Origin: Carcharhinus longimanus
Lineage: Eukaryota
Direction: 5' to 3'
Length of the DNA: 64,000 nucleotides
Assembly: GCA_030264375.1 (NCBI GenBank)
Contig: JASCQW010000146.1
Coordinates: 31,998,606 to 32,062,605 of the forward strand
Part shown: positions 37,131 to 49,719 of the stretch, one piece after another
Numbering within the stretch: the first letter of the stretch is position 1
How the letters are laid out: every line of letters begins with the position of its first letter
The notes under the pieces: model-generated
The model's input: only the letters and a program-made list of their open reading frames with translations
Database searches by the model: none
What the model was told of the DNA's origin: nothing
Made by a program: the position numbers and the translations under genes

Positions 37131-38400
37131 AAAACACATGCTGACAAAGCTTTTTGTCTTGTACTCATCAGAACAAAATAACAAGAATACCAAATTTCAA
37201 AAAAAACAACGATTTACACTGCATGATAAAATTATGCTGATTGTTTGCTAAACAGACTCTGATTGGTGGAGGTGTTGCCATGGGCAATGCAACAGATAGC
37301 AGTTATTTTGACAAGTTTTGCTTTAAATGCAAAAAGGGCATTGATTGGTCGCAGTGAATGCCATAATCTCTACGGCACTCATCAGGACAAAATCACAAGA
37401 ACACCAAATTTTGAAGCCAGCAACAATTGATACCATATGATTAGTAGGCAAGTGGACTCTAATTGAACAGGATATTGCTATGAAGAACTCACCAAGGAAT
37501 AGTTACCTCCAACTTTTGGTCTTTTTGGCTCTGAAAGGTGCCTAGTCTATCTCAGATTACCCTGGAAGGGTATGGTGTCTCAAATATTTGAGCAACAGGT
37601 TAAGCTAGCTGTTTTTCATGCAGCTCCTGTGCAGTAACAATGCAAGTGGTATTCTTCACTAACAGAATACTGCGATCAAGTCAAAAAGATGTAATGCCTA
37701 CCACACAAAACTCAGAACATAGGACGGAGTTTTATAGCCCGAGGTCAACAGAGATTTCCGTTGTCAGGCCCACGCCCACACCAATTTGGTGGCAGACAAC
37801 ATGGTGGAACTTTGGCCAGAGTGTCTAATTTCAGATGTGATTCCACAACTGGACAGCACTCTATGGACAATCCCAAATGTGATAAGAGTGACACTAGCAA
37901 CCAATTTAAGACTGTCCATCGGGCTCACAATATGTCCCCCGCCGTGGTAGCTTGGGGGTGTTGGTTGCAATGTTTAAGCCATGCAGGCTGGCTGTGAGCA
38001 GCAGAGGCTGACTGACAGGTCCCTAACTGCCAAACATGTGCAATGATATTCTTTGCTGCTCTCAGCAAATGTTCTGGTGAATTAAGCCTTTCCTTCATAG
38101 GCAAGAAACTATTTCTGCTGTTTTTTTCATACATGGAGTGCGTGTGATAGCACCTCATCCAAAAAATGAATATGAAACTCTCCCATTTTCATGCCCTTCT
38201 TGGACTTAGAATTTTTTTGATAAGATCACCCCCGTTGGGGATATTTGTGTATTTTGCATGGTAAAGCTTCAACCACAGTGTACTTGCAAACCAATCAATA
38301 CCCTTTTTTCACATGGTATAAATTGCTGTCCCTCTTGAAATTTGTCTTCTTGCATCTGTCCTGATGGGTGCAAGATGAAAAGATTTGACAGCATGTCTTT
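37131..38400. mobile_element. element with inverted hammerhead-bearing ends (family C, probable Penelope derivative)
   Basis: 37137-37250 is the reverse complement of 38285-38395; second direct unit at about 37370-37520. Confidence 0.65.
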
Positions 38401-38844
38401 TATTTCAGTAACATGCGTAGCGCTATTAGAAACTGAGGGGAACACTGAATTTCCTTTAGAATGACTGACTTGAGCAATAATCTAAGGTTTTCCTCAACCC
38501 AAACCTTTTAAAAATTCTCATCATTGTACACTGAAATGAAAGACGATAGAGAACAAATGTACTCTGAATCTTTAACCAGCTGTTCAGTCAATTTGTTGGG
38601 CACTGGTTTAGTTCATTTAGGTGGACAGCTGGTTCATGATGCAGAGTGATGCCAACAGCATGGGTCCAACTCCTGTACAGGCTGAGGTTATTCATGAAGA
38701 CTCCTGTGGATGGGTGAGTCCTGAGACCAGATCTTCTGTTTTACAGAGCTGCACTGAGTCACTGGGATCTCCAGCAAAGACAAAGTTGGGAGGGAATCAC
38801 AGAAAATTGCTATTTTTCAACATTTGCCAGTGGTCAGTGATTTT

Positions 38845-39138
38845 GAAATTTATTTATGAGTGTCACAAGTAGGCTCACATTAACAATGCAACGGGGTTAC
38901 TGTGAACATCCCCAAGTTGCCACACTCCAATGTCTGTTCAGGTACACTGAGGGAGAATTTAGCATGGCCAATGCACCTAACCAGCACGTCTTTAAGACTG
39001 TGGGAGGAAATCAGAGCACCTGGAGGACACCCAGGCAGACACGAGGAGAATATACAGGCTACGCGCAGACAGTGATCCCAGCCGGGAATCAAACTTGGGT
39101 CACTGGCACTGTGAAGCAGCAGTGTTAACCACTGTGCA
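38845..39138 (-). mobile_element. HE1-type V-SINE, tail type B
   Basis: Full reverse copy. Confidence 0.92.
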
Positions 39139-39263
39139 ATCCCTATACTAGTTCCTGTACCATTAAAAACCTTAAGAATAGAATAGACCTTAAGCTCTTA
39201 GCGGATACCATCTGTTAGCTTCTTCTCCAACCAAATTCTTTTTTTTTTCCACTCTTCTTTCAG

Positions 39264-39316
39264 AATCAATGCTAGAACGGTCTGACAAGCTAACTGGTGG
39301 CCGCTCCAGCTCTCAG
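39264..39316 (+). pseudogene. candidate exon, 53 nt (phase 1->0)
   Basis: Long polypyrimidine tract + cag| and CAG|GTCAGT; open (E)SMLERSDKLTGGRSSSQ. Confidence 0.65.
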
Positions 39317-39687
39317 GTCAGTATAGGTCTCCAGCTTCATTCTGATTTATTACCTCCTGCTCCAGCCTGCTTCCTCGCTGGTCTGCTGTTTCACTGACTC
39401 CCAGGCAGCCATTGTACCAGTTTTCATTTCCCAATGGCTTGGAAAATTTTGCCAATACTTTCAACATTAAAGCCAGCAAAAGTGACAGCGAGATGTGCAA
39501 ACCAGTTAGAACTTTCACTCTGCACGAACTTCAACTGGAAGAAGCTCAAATGCAGTGAAAAATTTGATTCACTACAAATCGATTTTGCAGTGCTGAGATC
39601 ACTTCCAGACTGTTAATCTTCCTGATAGAAAGAACAAGGTTACTTCACTTTCAGTTCCTTTCAAAAACAAATAGAAATCAACTGGGG

Positions 39688-40050
39688 AAGGCCATGGCTA
39701 TATGCTGTTATCACTAGACTATTTATTTATCCAGAAACTTTGCTCATGTTCTAGAGACCTAGATTCAAATCCCACCAAGGCAGGCGATGGAATTTGAATT
39801 CAATAAAAACCATCTAGAATTAAGAATCTACTGATGACCATGAAACCATTGTCAATGGTCAGAAAAACCCATCTGATTCACTAATATCACTTAAGGAAGG
39901 AAATCTGCCATCCTTACCCAGTCTGGCCTACATGTGACTCCAGAGCCACAGCAATGCGGTTGACTTTCAACTGCGCTCCAAGGGCAACTAGGGATGGGCA
40001 ATAAATGCTGGTCTTCCAGCGACGCCCATGTCCCATGAATGAATAAGAAA
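39688..40050 (+). mobile_element. tRNA-derived SINE family 2
   Basis: Full copy, matches 23583. Confidence 0.85.
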
Positions 40051-40106
40051 AAATGAAAATCAACTTTACAAATGTTCTCACGGACTTGGATTAATTTCCT
40101 CATCAG

Positions 40107-40284
40107 TGAAACAATCGACAAGGGACGATGGAGCTATTTATCAGGCCCATAACAAAACAAAGGCACCAATCATAGCAGTACTTGTTCCCAATATTGAACG
40201 ATCCGTCATGACAACAAAAATCGATGAATATCAACAAGTGTCATAATGTTCGTCTCATTTATTCTTCCCCCTTCTGTTCCAAGG
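40107..40284 (+). pseudogene. candidate decayed exon (phase 1 start)
   Basis: ttcctcatcag| and AGG|GTAAGC; 46 open codons KQSTRDDGAIYQAHNKTKAP...; CpG-rich. Confidence 0.4.
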
Positions 40285-40794
40285 GTAAGCTGCACACAAA
40301 TAAGTAAAATTAACTTGATATATCACTCCGTAAGAGTGCTTGTGTATGCATATTAATCTTTCTGCTTTCCTTTCACACCACTTATGCACTCCTCAACAAT
40401 AATGAATGAGCCCTTGTAAAACATTCATGCTCTTAACCAACTTATTTGTTTCTGTTATAGCTATGTTATGAAATATTGATAGTTTTTTAAATATTTAGCT
40501 TTTAACAGAATAAATTTTGCTGAAAGTGTACAACAAGATATTAATCCACATTTGTCCCAGCTAAACCTCACGGTGGAATTACGAGCAGATAACATTGATG
40601 TAAAACTGAATACAGAAAAGGAGCTCAATTGGTGAAATGGAATGGAACAATTCTCAGCTCAGATTAAAATCATGGTTTGCAGAATATCCAAACTTCTCAT
40701 AGTTCACAAGTGAAATACTCTGAAAATTGTCAAATATATTAAACTGCCAACAGTTCTGCTCCTCTGAATAATAATTTGCACCTTTTTAACTTCA

Positions 40795-41346
40795 ATTGCT
40801 GGTCCACGTGACTAAGACCACCTTACAAAGGAATAGCATCAGAGACCTTGTGACAGCAGGAATGGAACCAATGCGCCACCATGAAAAACACTTCCACAGA
40901 TCCCACAGCCCACCCACCCAGCTTCAACATTCCATATCCAAAGATATGAATGTTATGTTAATTGACTACGCCAAATTACCTCTTTGTGTCAAGGGGATGA
41001 GCAGGGTAAATACACGGGGTTCCGGGAATAGGGCCTGGGTGGGATTGTTGGTGGTGCAGGCTCGATGGGCTGAATAATCTCTTTTTGTACTCTCTGGATT
41101 CTACTCTATTCTACCATCGGCCTGTCCTCAACCATTTCCGCACCGGTCAAGGCCTTTGCACAGCAAATTGGCACAAGTGGGGGCTTGCAGGGAACCCGGA
41201 CTGCAGCCATGGTGCTCCCCAATCAACGACTCATCATTGAAAACTGCCCCATGGAAAAATTCAGCGGAAGGCTTGAGGAGCTCCACTTAGCAACTGCCAA
41301 AGCTATTGCCCAGCTGGGTGATAAATACTTATGCTGAAAAAAGAAG
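40795..41346 (+). mobile_element. Vingi/Ingi-like non-LTR retrotransposon 3' fragment split by HE1 SINE (40925-41112)
   Basis: QQEWNQ...TDPTAHPPSFNIP [SINE] LNHFRTGQGLCTANWHKWGLAGNPDCSHG...H..NCP..FSG.LEELHLA...AIA.L. Confidence 0.7.
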
Positions 41347-41912
41347 TCACAGCAGCATAGCAAAGACACACTGTGAGGGACATGAGATGGGAATCTGAGC
41401 ACTCCCAAACTACAGGAACATTGGGTGTCAGGGGTTAGGGAATAGGGGGAGAAGGGTTGGAGAGGGGGAAAGCGTCTGGAGTTCATTCCCTACACCTTGA
41501 ATGAAGAGAGTTCTGTGGATCTCACGAATGGCCTTTCAGAGGTTAGAGCTGAGTCGACAAACAGCTTTGCTATTGGTCTCTGAATCTTTGCCAATGTGCA
41601 GTCAGTTTGAATATACATGCACAAAATGACCAGCACCACTTTCAGTACCAAACTTCAACTCTTCATATTTGATGACATGAGAATCTGCCATTCCTTGTGC
41701 CATGCCTCGATATTGGGTTCCCTCTCTTTAGACAACTTCCAACATTTCCTTGGGCTTGATTTTATCAGCAAAATCATTGCGATGGGATTATCTATTTCTA
41801 TTTTGTTTAATAAAATTGGAAATGGAAAAGTGGTTAGAATTTACTGTCACCTTTTTGTCAAGTAACCTTTTGAATAAAGTCTCAGGTTTGAAACTGTAAT
41901 TTTGTTTTGCAG

Positions 41913-41956
41913 ATTCATTACCTCAATCTAAAGTGGCAGCTCATTGTGTGAGGCAG
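41913..41956 (+). pseudogene. candidate exon, 44 nt (phase 1->0)
   Basis: ttttgttttgcag| and CAG|GTAGGC; open (D)SLPQSKVAAHCVRQ. Confidence 0.6.
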
Positions 41957-42004
41957 GTAGGCAACTTTGAGGAAGATTCTTCTCATTTTTTTTGATATCA
42001 CAAT

Positions 42005-42553
42005 CATTAGGAAGCTAAGGAAATTCAGTATGCCCACTACGACTCTCACCAATTTTTAAGATGCACCACAAAAAGCATCCTTTCCGAATGTATCACAGCT
42101 TGGTATGGCATCTGCTCTGTCCAAGTTCGAAAGTACAAAGAGTTGTGAACATAGCCCAGTCCATTACACAAACCAGCCTTCCATTCATCGACACTATCTG
42201 TGCTTGCCACTGTCTCAGAAAAGCACCCAGCATATTAAGGACCACATGCACCTCGGACATTCTCTCTCCCACCTTCTTCTGAATGGAAAAATATACAAAA
42301 GTCTGAGGTCACATAATCAACCAACTCAAAAATGGCTTCTTCCCTGCTGTCATCAGACGTTTGAAAGGACCTACCTTATATTAAGTTGATCTTTTGCTAC
42401 ACCCTAGCTATGACTGTAACATTACATTCTGCACCCCTTCCTTTCCTTTTTCCCAATGTGCTCTATGAACGGTATGCTTTTTCTGTATAACATGCAAGAA
42501 ACAATACTTTTCACAGTATACTAAGACATGTGACAATAACAAGTCAAATCAAA
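42005..42553 (+). mobile_element. Rex1/Babar LINE 3' fragment
   Basis: Matches 22985-23516. Confidence 0.85.
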
Positions 42554-44727
42554 TTATTTGCCTAGTTAATTCTTTTTGGGGTGAGACATAAAAATCTCTT
42601 TTTCCTTTTACAGAGTTCATTTCTGATTTTAGACATTGAACATAACATATCTTCTATCATACAAGGACATATTCTCTCTAAATTCATTCATTTCACATCC
42701 AGTAAAACACCCAATGACTTAAATTTTCAGTGTTCGATTTAAGATTGAGTCTTTATAGGTTGCAGGTGTGAATTTCATCCAGCCTTGGAAGAAAGTCCTT
42801 GCTTCGGAGAGCTGTTAGCCAAACAGATTTGCCGACAGCTCTCCAGCCCTCCAGGCACAGCACTGCAGTGGCCAGAAGAGGTAGTGTAGCGTGCTGTGCC
42901 TGAGTCCCAGGACCGCACTTCAGGTATGTACCAGGTCTCCAAGAAGCATGAGAGTAGGGCGTGTCCTGAGTGGAGTGATCATGGTATCAGGGAGGCAGGC
43001 TAGGGTGTGGGGAATGGGTTGGAATTAGGGTTAGAGCTCTCAAGTCCGAGGGGGGTGACCGTCCCTCCTTTCCCACACAAAATTGAGATTTGTTATGTTT
43101 TTTTAATTGACACCATGCTCTGACTGGTGCCTACCAGTGTATGAATTAAGGCCGAGGGGGGAAAGGTCCTTAAGTAGCCATTAAATGGCAACTTAAGGGC
43201 TTTAATAGGGTCACAGGGAGGCTCTGCCTGCCCTATTGTGAAATTGCATCTATTTCAGGGCAGGCAGCTTCCTGGAAGGAATCCCATTCATGCAAATATA
43301 ATGCTCTCTCCCCCGACTCAGAACTCATACAATCCTAGCCTATGTCTTTCGATAAATACCATTGTGTTAAACAAAGCAATACACTACTGCAGTTCAATTT
43401 ACTTTGAATAATTCTTCACGGAATAAACGAATCATTGTGGCTGACCGGAATTATCCAGTTCGTTGGAATTATCTATCTGAAATAAATAAAAATCTTACAT
43501 TTACTTCACCACATCGTCCAACCATCTCCTGAATCAAACTAGGATTTTTTTTTTGCTTCCATGGCTGTCAGGATGATTGCTGGTTGTGTGTGTGAATTTG
43601 AGTATTGAATACTATATGACACTTTGATAAGACACCGTGATACATCTGGGGTCACCTGATCTGGGGGTTTGTTGTATATTTAACTGGTTGCATGATTGCT
43701 TTAAGAGTTGATCACATGATTTGAGGGTGATATCATTAAGGTGTTGCACAGGCTGCTGTTTTCATTTCAGTTTGCACTCTGCACTCTGGACAGAGCTCCT
43801 GGAAAAAACCTGACGTGTGCTACCTTGAATCTATGTGTTTTGTTTAATCTTTTTGTTTAAAACCCTCTATCCCTCACATAGTTAGGGCAACACAAGGTCA
43901 GATAGCACACGTTAGGTAGTTAGCTAGCAGGTTCGACTGAATGACGTTGCTCTGGCTGTTAAATCTGTGACCTCGAGTGTTGTTTTTTGTTCAGCCAGAG
44001 ATGTGAAATTGGCGATGAAAATCAATATGAAGATATTTAGGGTTGGGTCACGGAATTTGCCGGGAGCTGATGGGGCCATGGCCTGGGGAATTGTGCCGTT
44101 TGAACTGATGGGCAATGCCAAGGGGAAATGGAAAACTTGGCTGGAGTGGCGAAGTAAACGCTGCTTCTCAAATTATAGCACCAGGCAAAAATGTGAATTG
44201 AAGACTTACTTCAATGAAACTAACTTCAATTAAACTCTGTTCACTGAAAAGAAATCCCTCACCGTAAATTTGCTTTGATGCAATTAATTCAATCTTGCAC
44301 AAGGTTAAAAATAATCACTGTCAAAATTAATATACCCTTTTTAATAGCTGCACATTAAAACACATGTAACAATTGATGGAGGGTAGATAAGGGTACACAT
44401 GTAACAATTGATGAAGGTCTTGAAGACCTTAAATAATTTTAGCAAGTTTTTTTAATATAATTTTCATCTGAAGACAGTCTCTACTTGTGTTGATCAAGGG
44501 AACACAACTGCAAACCACAACCTTTGTGCTTGGTGGTTTATTATGGCCACATTTAGTGGAAGAAAATTTAAGGTCAGAGTTCTTATATCAAGTAGAGAGC
44601 TTTACACCTTTATCTGTAAGAATTACTTATAGCCCAACAGCAATAAAAATTCACTTGCCTAACAGAAGAAAAGTTGAACGTTGCCAATAGCATCATATAA
44701 AAAATTTTAAAATATGCACTCAAAAAT

Positions 44728-45043
44728 TATAGAATCCATAAAGTGCAGAAGGAGGCCATTCAGCCCATCAAATCTGCACCAACTATCCCACCCAGGCCTA
44801 TCTATGTAACCCCATGTATTTACCCTGCTAATCCTCCTGATATTAAGCGGCAACTTAGCATGGTAAATCTACTTAACCCACACATCTTTGGAGAGCAGGA
44901 AGAAAGCGGAGCACCTGGAGGAAACCCTGGCAGACACAGGGAGAACATGCAAACTCCACACAGAGACTGGCCTGAGGCTGGAATTGAACCCAGGTCCCTG
45001 CTGCTGTCAGGCAACACTGCTAACCATTGTGCCACTGTCCCAT
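44728..45043 (-). mobile_element. HE1-type V-SINE, tail type A
   Basis: Full reverse copy. Confidence 0.92.
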
Positions 45044-45097
45044 GTCGCAAGCTGCTTTACTGCTGTTGACATTTAAAGATTGAGAATCCAGAAACTT

Positions 45098-45370
45098 TCG
45101 AATCTCGCCACAGCAGATGATGGAATTTGAATTCAATAAATATATGTGGAATTAAGAATTGAGTGATGACCATTGTTAATGATCGGAAAAACCCATCTGG
45201 TTCACTAATGTCCTTTAGGAAAGGAAATCTGCCATCCTTACCAGGCCTGACCTTCATGCGACTCCAAAGCCACAGCAATGTGGTTGACTCTCAACTGCCC
45301 TCGGGCATCTAGGGATGGGCAATAAATGCTGATCAGCCAGCGATGCCCACGTCCCACGAATGAATAAAAG
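45098..45370 (+). mobile_element. tRNA-derived SINE family 2 (5' truncated)
   Basis: Matches 39688 copy. Confidence 0.85.
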
Positions 45371-45657
45371 AAAGTAAATTAGATTTGTGAGCAATTCTTA
45401 AATCATGTTCAGAATGAAATGGGCTGAGGTTGTCCATGTTTGTTTCACATAACACACTGGAAACTGCCAGAAGGAAAAAAAAACTTTTCAGTCGATTAGC
45501 ATTCAATCTGATATGAGACAACAAGTAAAATAATGTTGTCCACACAAATCGTCACAAGGTATCATGCATCAAACGAGAAAGAGAAACAAGATATCATGAA
45601 AAGGAATCTTCCTGTTTGAATTTTTCCTGAAATCACACGTTTGCACCTTATCGTTAG

Positions 45658-45924
45658 ACAGTCGCTCCGAAAGTGCAGCTTTAGGTGAAGCAGTTAATTT
45701 CAGCTCAGTTAATGAGTAAAAAGACAGCATTACAAATCTATCAGGGAGTCCTGGGACAGTGCCAGATCCTGAAACAGTTTGCTCTGAAGTGTCAGTTCAT
45801 GCAGAGTGGAAGATCCCTCCTGCTGCTGCACAGTCAACACAGCTCCTTGTTTACTCTATAAGAGGCTCGTAGAAGAAACTGTGATCTCCAATGTGATTAT
45901 CGTAGCGCATCAACAAGTTGCTAG
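45658..45924 (+). pseudogene. candidate decayed exon (phase 1 start)
   Basis: (D)SRSESAALGEAVNFSSVNE*KDSITNLSGSPGTVPDPETVCSEVSVHAEWKIPPAAAQSTQ...; donor TAG|GTCGGT. Confidence 0.5.
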
Positions 45925-46489
45925 GTCGGTCTCTGAAGTACAATAAAAAATTGCATCTAAGTCGCTTCACCGGGATAACAACACCTTTTTGTTTGACTTG
46001 TCAGGGTTCCACGGAGTGAATTCATTATGTCGAAGGACTGTTATGCAACAAGAACTAAAATGTTCAATGAATTGAATTTGGGGTAATGTGCATAGTCTGA
46101 TGATAGATTTGTCAGGATCTTGGACAATTCCGTTATTTTAAAAACTAGTCTGGTTTAAATCTACTCAACTATGTCAGTGACATTGCTATGGAATTGATTA
46201 CAGTAATCAAAGGGGTTCCCTTTGATTGTCACAATGTTATTGGATACTTGTCTTTGCCCAGTGGCATTATCAATGAAATGGCACTGTCTACATGAATGTT
46301 TTACCAACTTGCTCCCATTCATCTACAAAAACACAATACCCACAATGTAAACCAGGCTGAAATGCACCACCTATAACTAGTACTGAAAAACAGATTAAAG
46401 AAATTTCATTGTCTGCTCCTTTCTCCCAAGAAAATTAAAAGCAGGCTTGTGTGAAAACAGTGCCTCTTTAAGGGGCAGATTATTAGGGA

Positions 46490-48270
46490 GAGATAGTAGT
46501 GTAGTGCCAATGTTACTAGACTAGAGACCTTGGCTAATGTTCTCGGTTCAAATCCTACCATGGCAATTGGTGGGATTTAAATTTAGTTAATAAATCTTGA
46601 ATTGAAAATTAGTCTCAGTCATGGTGACTGTGAAACAATTCTACATTGTCATAAAAACCCATCTTCTTTACTCATAGTCAGAGCTACATGGGACTACAGA
46701 CCCACAAAAACACAGTTGACTTTGAAACTGCCAAGCAAACCAAGCATTGTCTCGGAAAGGAATGAAACTGGATGGACCACCTGGCATCGATCTAGGCACC
46801 TGTCAACCCGACAAAGTTGTCCTTATTTGACATGCTGTGTGAAAATTTGGAGAGGTGCCACACAGATGAATCAAGCAACAGCCTGACAAAGTCATATAGA
46901 CAAAATCCCAGACACAACCAGCACCAGACCTGGACATGTCCTGTCCCACTGACAGGACAGATCCCTCAAAAGTGGCGCCACAATGGTCCACAGTTGGGAG
47001 GCAGTAGCCCCGAGTTTTTAACATTGACTCGAGACCCCATGAAGTCTCATGGCTTCAGGACAAACATGGACAAAGAAACCCCTTGCTGGTTACCACAATC
47101 ACACACACCCGATCTCCTCCCAACATGTTCCTCAGCTAATGAATCAGTACTCCTCCTTGTTGGATGCCATTTGTAGGAAGTGCTAAGGTGGCGTGGGCAC
47201 AGAATGTATACCCATCATAACGACTGGTTCGCTAGCACCACCATTGACTGAGTCTCCATGGAAATAGCTGCTANNNNNNNNNNTGAGGGAGCCAACAGGG
47301 AGGTAAAAACCTATGTGACCTTGCCTTCACCAAGCTATCCTTCACAGAGGAATCTGTTCATGATAGTATTGGCTGCACAATCCTTGAGGAGACAAAAACT
47401 CGCCTGGACAGTGAGGATACCCTCCATCTTGTTGTGTAGCTCTCCCACAGTATTAAGTGCAACAGATTCTAAACTGATATAACAACTCAAAACAAAGCAT
47501 CCAAGAGCAACTGTGCATTATCAGAAGCAGAGTTGTACTCGACCACAATCTATAATTTCAATAGTGTAATTCCTCTACTCTAGCCATGCGACCAATCCTG
47601 GTTCAATGAGGAGTGCTGAAGGGTAAGCCAGGGGCAGTACCAGAGATAACTAAACAAAAGCTGCCAACTTGGTGAAGCTGCAACATAAGATAGCTTGCAG
47701 GCCCAATAGTGAAAACAGCATGCACCTGAAGCAATCGCATAACCAATGAGTCTGATCAGTTTTGCAGTCCTGCCATATCCAGTTATGAATCGTGGTGGAC
47801 AATTAAACACCTTCTGGAGGAGGAGGTTCCACAAATATCCCCCATCTTCAAGGTTGGGAGAATTCAGCACATCAGTGCAAAAGATAAAGCTGAACAATGT
47901 GCAATTCAATTCACTTCATGTGATATCAAGAAATGGCTGAAAGCACTGGATACTGTAAAGGCTGTGGGCTTTGACAACATTCCAGCAAATATTCTTCAGA
48001 ACTAACCATCCCTGCTAGTCAAACCGTTCCAGCACAGCTACATCACTGGTATCTACCCAACACNNNNNNNNNNCCAACACTGTGAAAATTGCCCAAGTAT
48101 ATCCCGTACACAACTCCAAACCAGACAAATACCACCAGTCCACTCTTAATCATCAGAAAGTGATGGGAAGGACCACCAACACTGCTATCAAGGGGCTTTT
48201 TCTCAGAAATAACCTGCAAACTAATCTTCAGTTTGGGTCGTGCCAGTGCTATTCAGCACGTGACCTCAAG
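46490..48270 (+). mobile_element. SINE-like head plus degenerate CR1-group LINE (endonuclease and RT fragments)
   Basis: caagcaacagcctgac... (KQQPD), ...gctgtgggctttgacaacattccagc..., KIAQVYPVH motifs. Confidence 0.7.
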
Positions 48271-49344
48271 AGATGGGGAAGTTGGATTAAAATCAAAAAT
48301 ATCCTTCAAACAAAACTTACACCAGGTACAGCCTCAAAGCCCAACCAGATCCTATCTTCACCCAATACCCATACAGTTGCACTTCTCAAGAGATGGAAAA
48401 GTAGGATGCCTTCCCCAAAGCACTGGTATATTCCTCTCTTCAACCTCTTTAAACCAGTCAGTGTTCTTTTTACTATTGTCAAAAGCAACATTTAGATTCT
48501 TGCTGGGGGGAAATCAATATATATCACATGCAGAATCCACAAGGGGGTTGAGTTCATAAGAAACTCAGGGCTAGGAAATTATAGTCTAATCGAAAAATAA
48601 TGTTGAGAAAATGTTTGAAAGTTAACCAGTAATTAAGAGTTAAACGGATTGCCATTTAGATTAACAATCAAGTTCTCTCTTATACAGTCTACAACAATAA
48701 AATGAACAGCATAGCAAATTTTTACACACACGTTACTCCAACCTCAAATAGCAAAGAGTAATAAAAAATGGCTTATCTTAGAATCCCTGCAATGCAAAAG
48801 GAGGCCATTCAGCCCACTGAGCCAGCACCAAGATCAATTTTAAACTAACTCTTGCACTGCAATATTAATGGTGGCTAGTTGCAAACATAGGCAGATCGGG
48901 AACAAACTATGCTGTTTGGAATTGTATCTTTTAATNNNNNNNNNNNNNNNNNNNNNNNNNNNNNNNNNNNNNNNNNNNNNNATAAATATCCTGAAATGTA
49001 CAAGGCTTTGCAGGGCTACAAAACAAGGTGAAAAATCCAATTCTGCCCTTCTGTCTTCTCCAGTTGCTGAAATGCAGCAGAGCATTGGTTTAGTTTCAAA
49101 GCAAAAACGCTTTTCTTCTGTAAGTTGAACACTCATCAACATTGTTTAATAGCACTTTTTCTGGCTGAAGTATCACAAATTAATGATAAATTTTAATCAC
49201 TTCTTCTATAATGAAAGTTACTAAAGCCTGTATTGTGATTGATTTGTGACTTTATCACAGGCGACAGAGACCATTATTATTGGTGCATTAGAACTGGCAT
49301 TTTGTCAAACTTCCTATTTCACAGTGTTCCCATCTCCCTTACAG

Positions 49345-49552
49345 GATACGACAGGAAATTGCTGCTTTCTGATACCCCATGCCTTGCTTGAGCCAATAGG
49401 CCTAATTAATGTTCAGACACATCTTCGATGCCTCCAACAGTGATGACGAAGGATGTATGAGCAGCAGCAGGACAGCAGTCTCATTACAAAAAAAAGCTTT
49501 AGGATGTAACCTTCATTGGGACTTAGCTCTCATTTACAAATCTAAGAAATTG
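49345..49552 (+). pseudogene. candidate decayed exon
   Basis: cccatctcccttacag|; coding-like HIFDASNSDDEGCMSSSRTAVSLQKK; frameshifted, end uncertain. Confidence 0.35.
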
Positions 49553-49719
49553 AGTCAGACAAAAATCAGTTGTCAATCTCAATAACAAATTTATGTTTTC
49601 AATTGTGATCCTGCTATGCGGCTCAAAGCATTTGTAACATTGTGCAATTTGGCTTCAAAGCTTTGAAAGATGATCAAGATGCAGCTCATTAAAAACACAC
49701 CTCAATTCACTGTGCTCTG

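Noticed and set aside
40265-40290. 1-nt exon or recursive splice site at ccaag|g|gtaagc
   Set aside because: More simply the donor of the 40107 exon; no evidence available from sequence alone
43566-43878. Solo LTR (TG...CA); similar candidates near 11930-12920 and 46110-46480
   Set aside because: No TSD or second copy visible in the window; composition only
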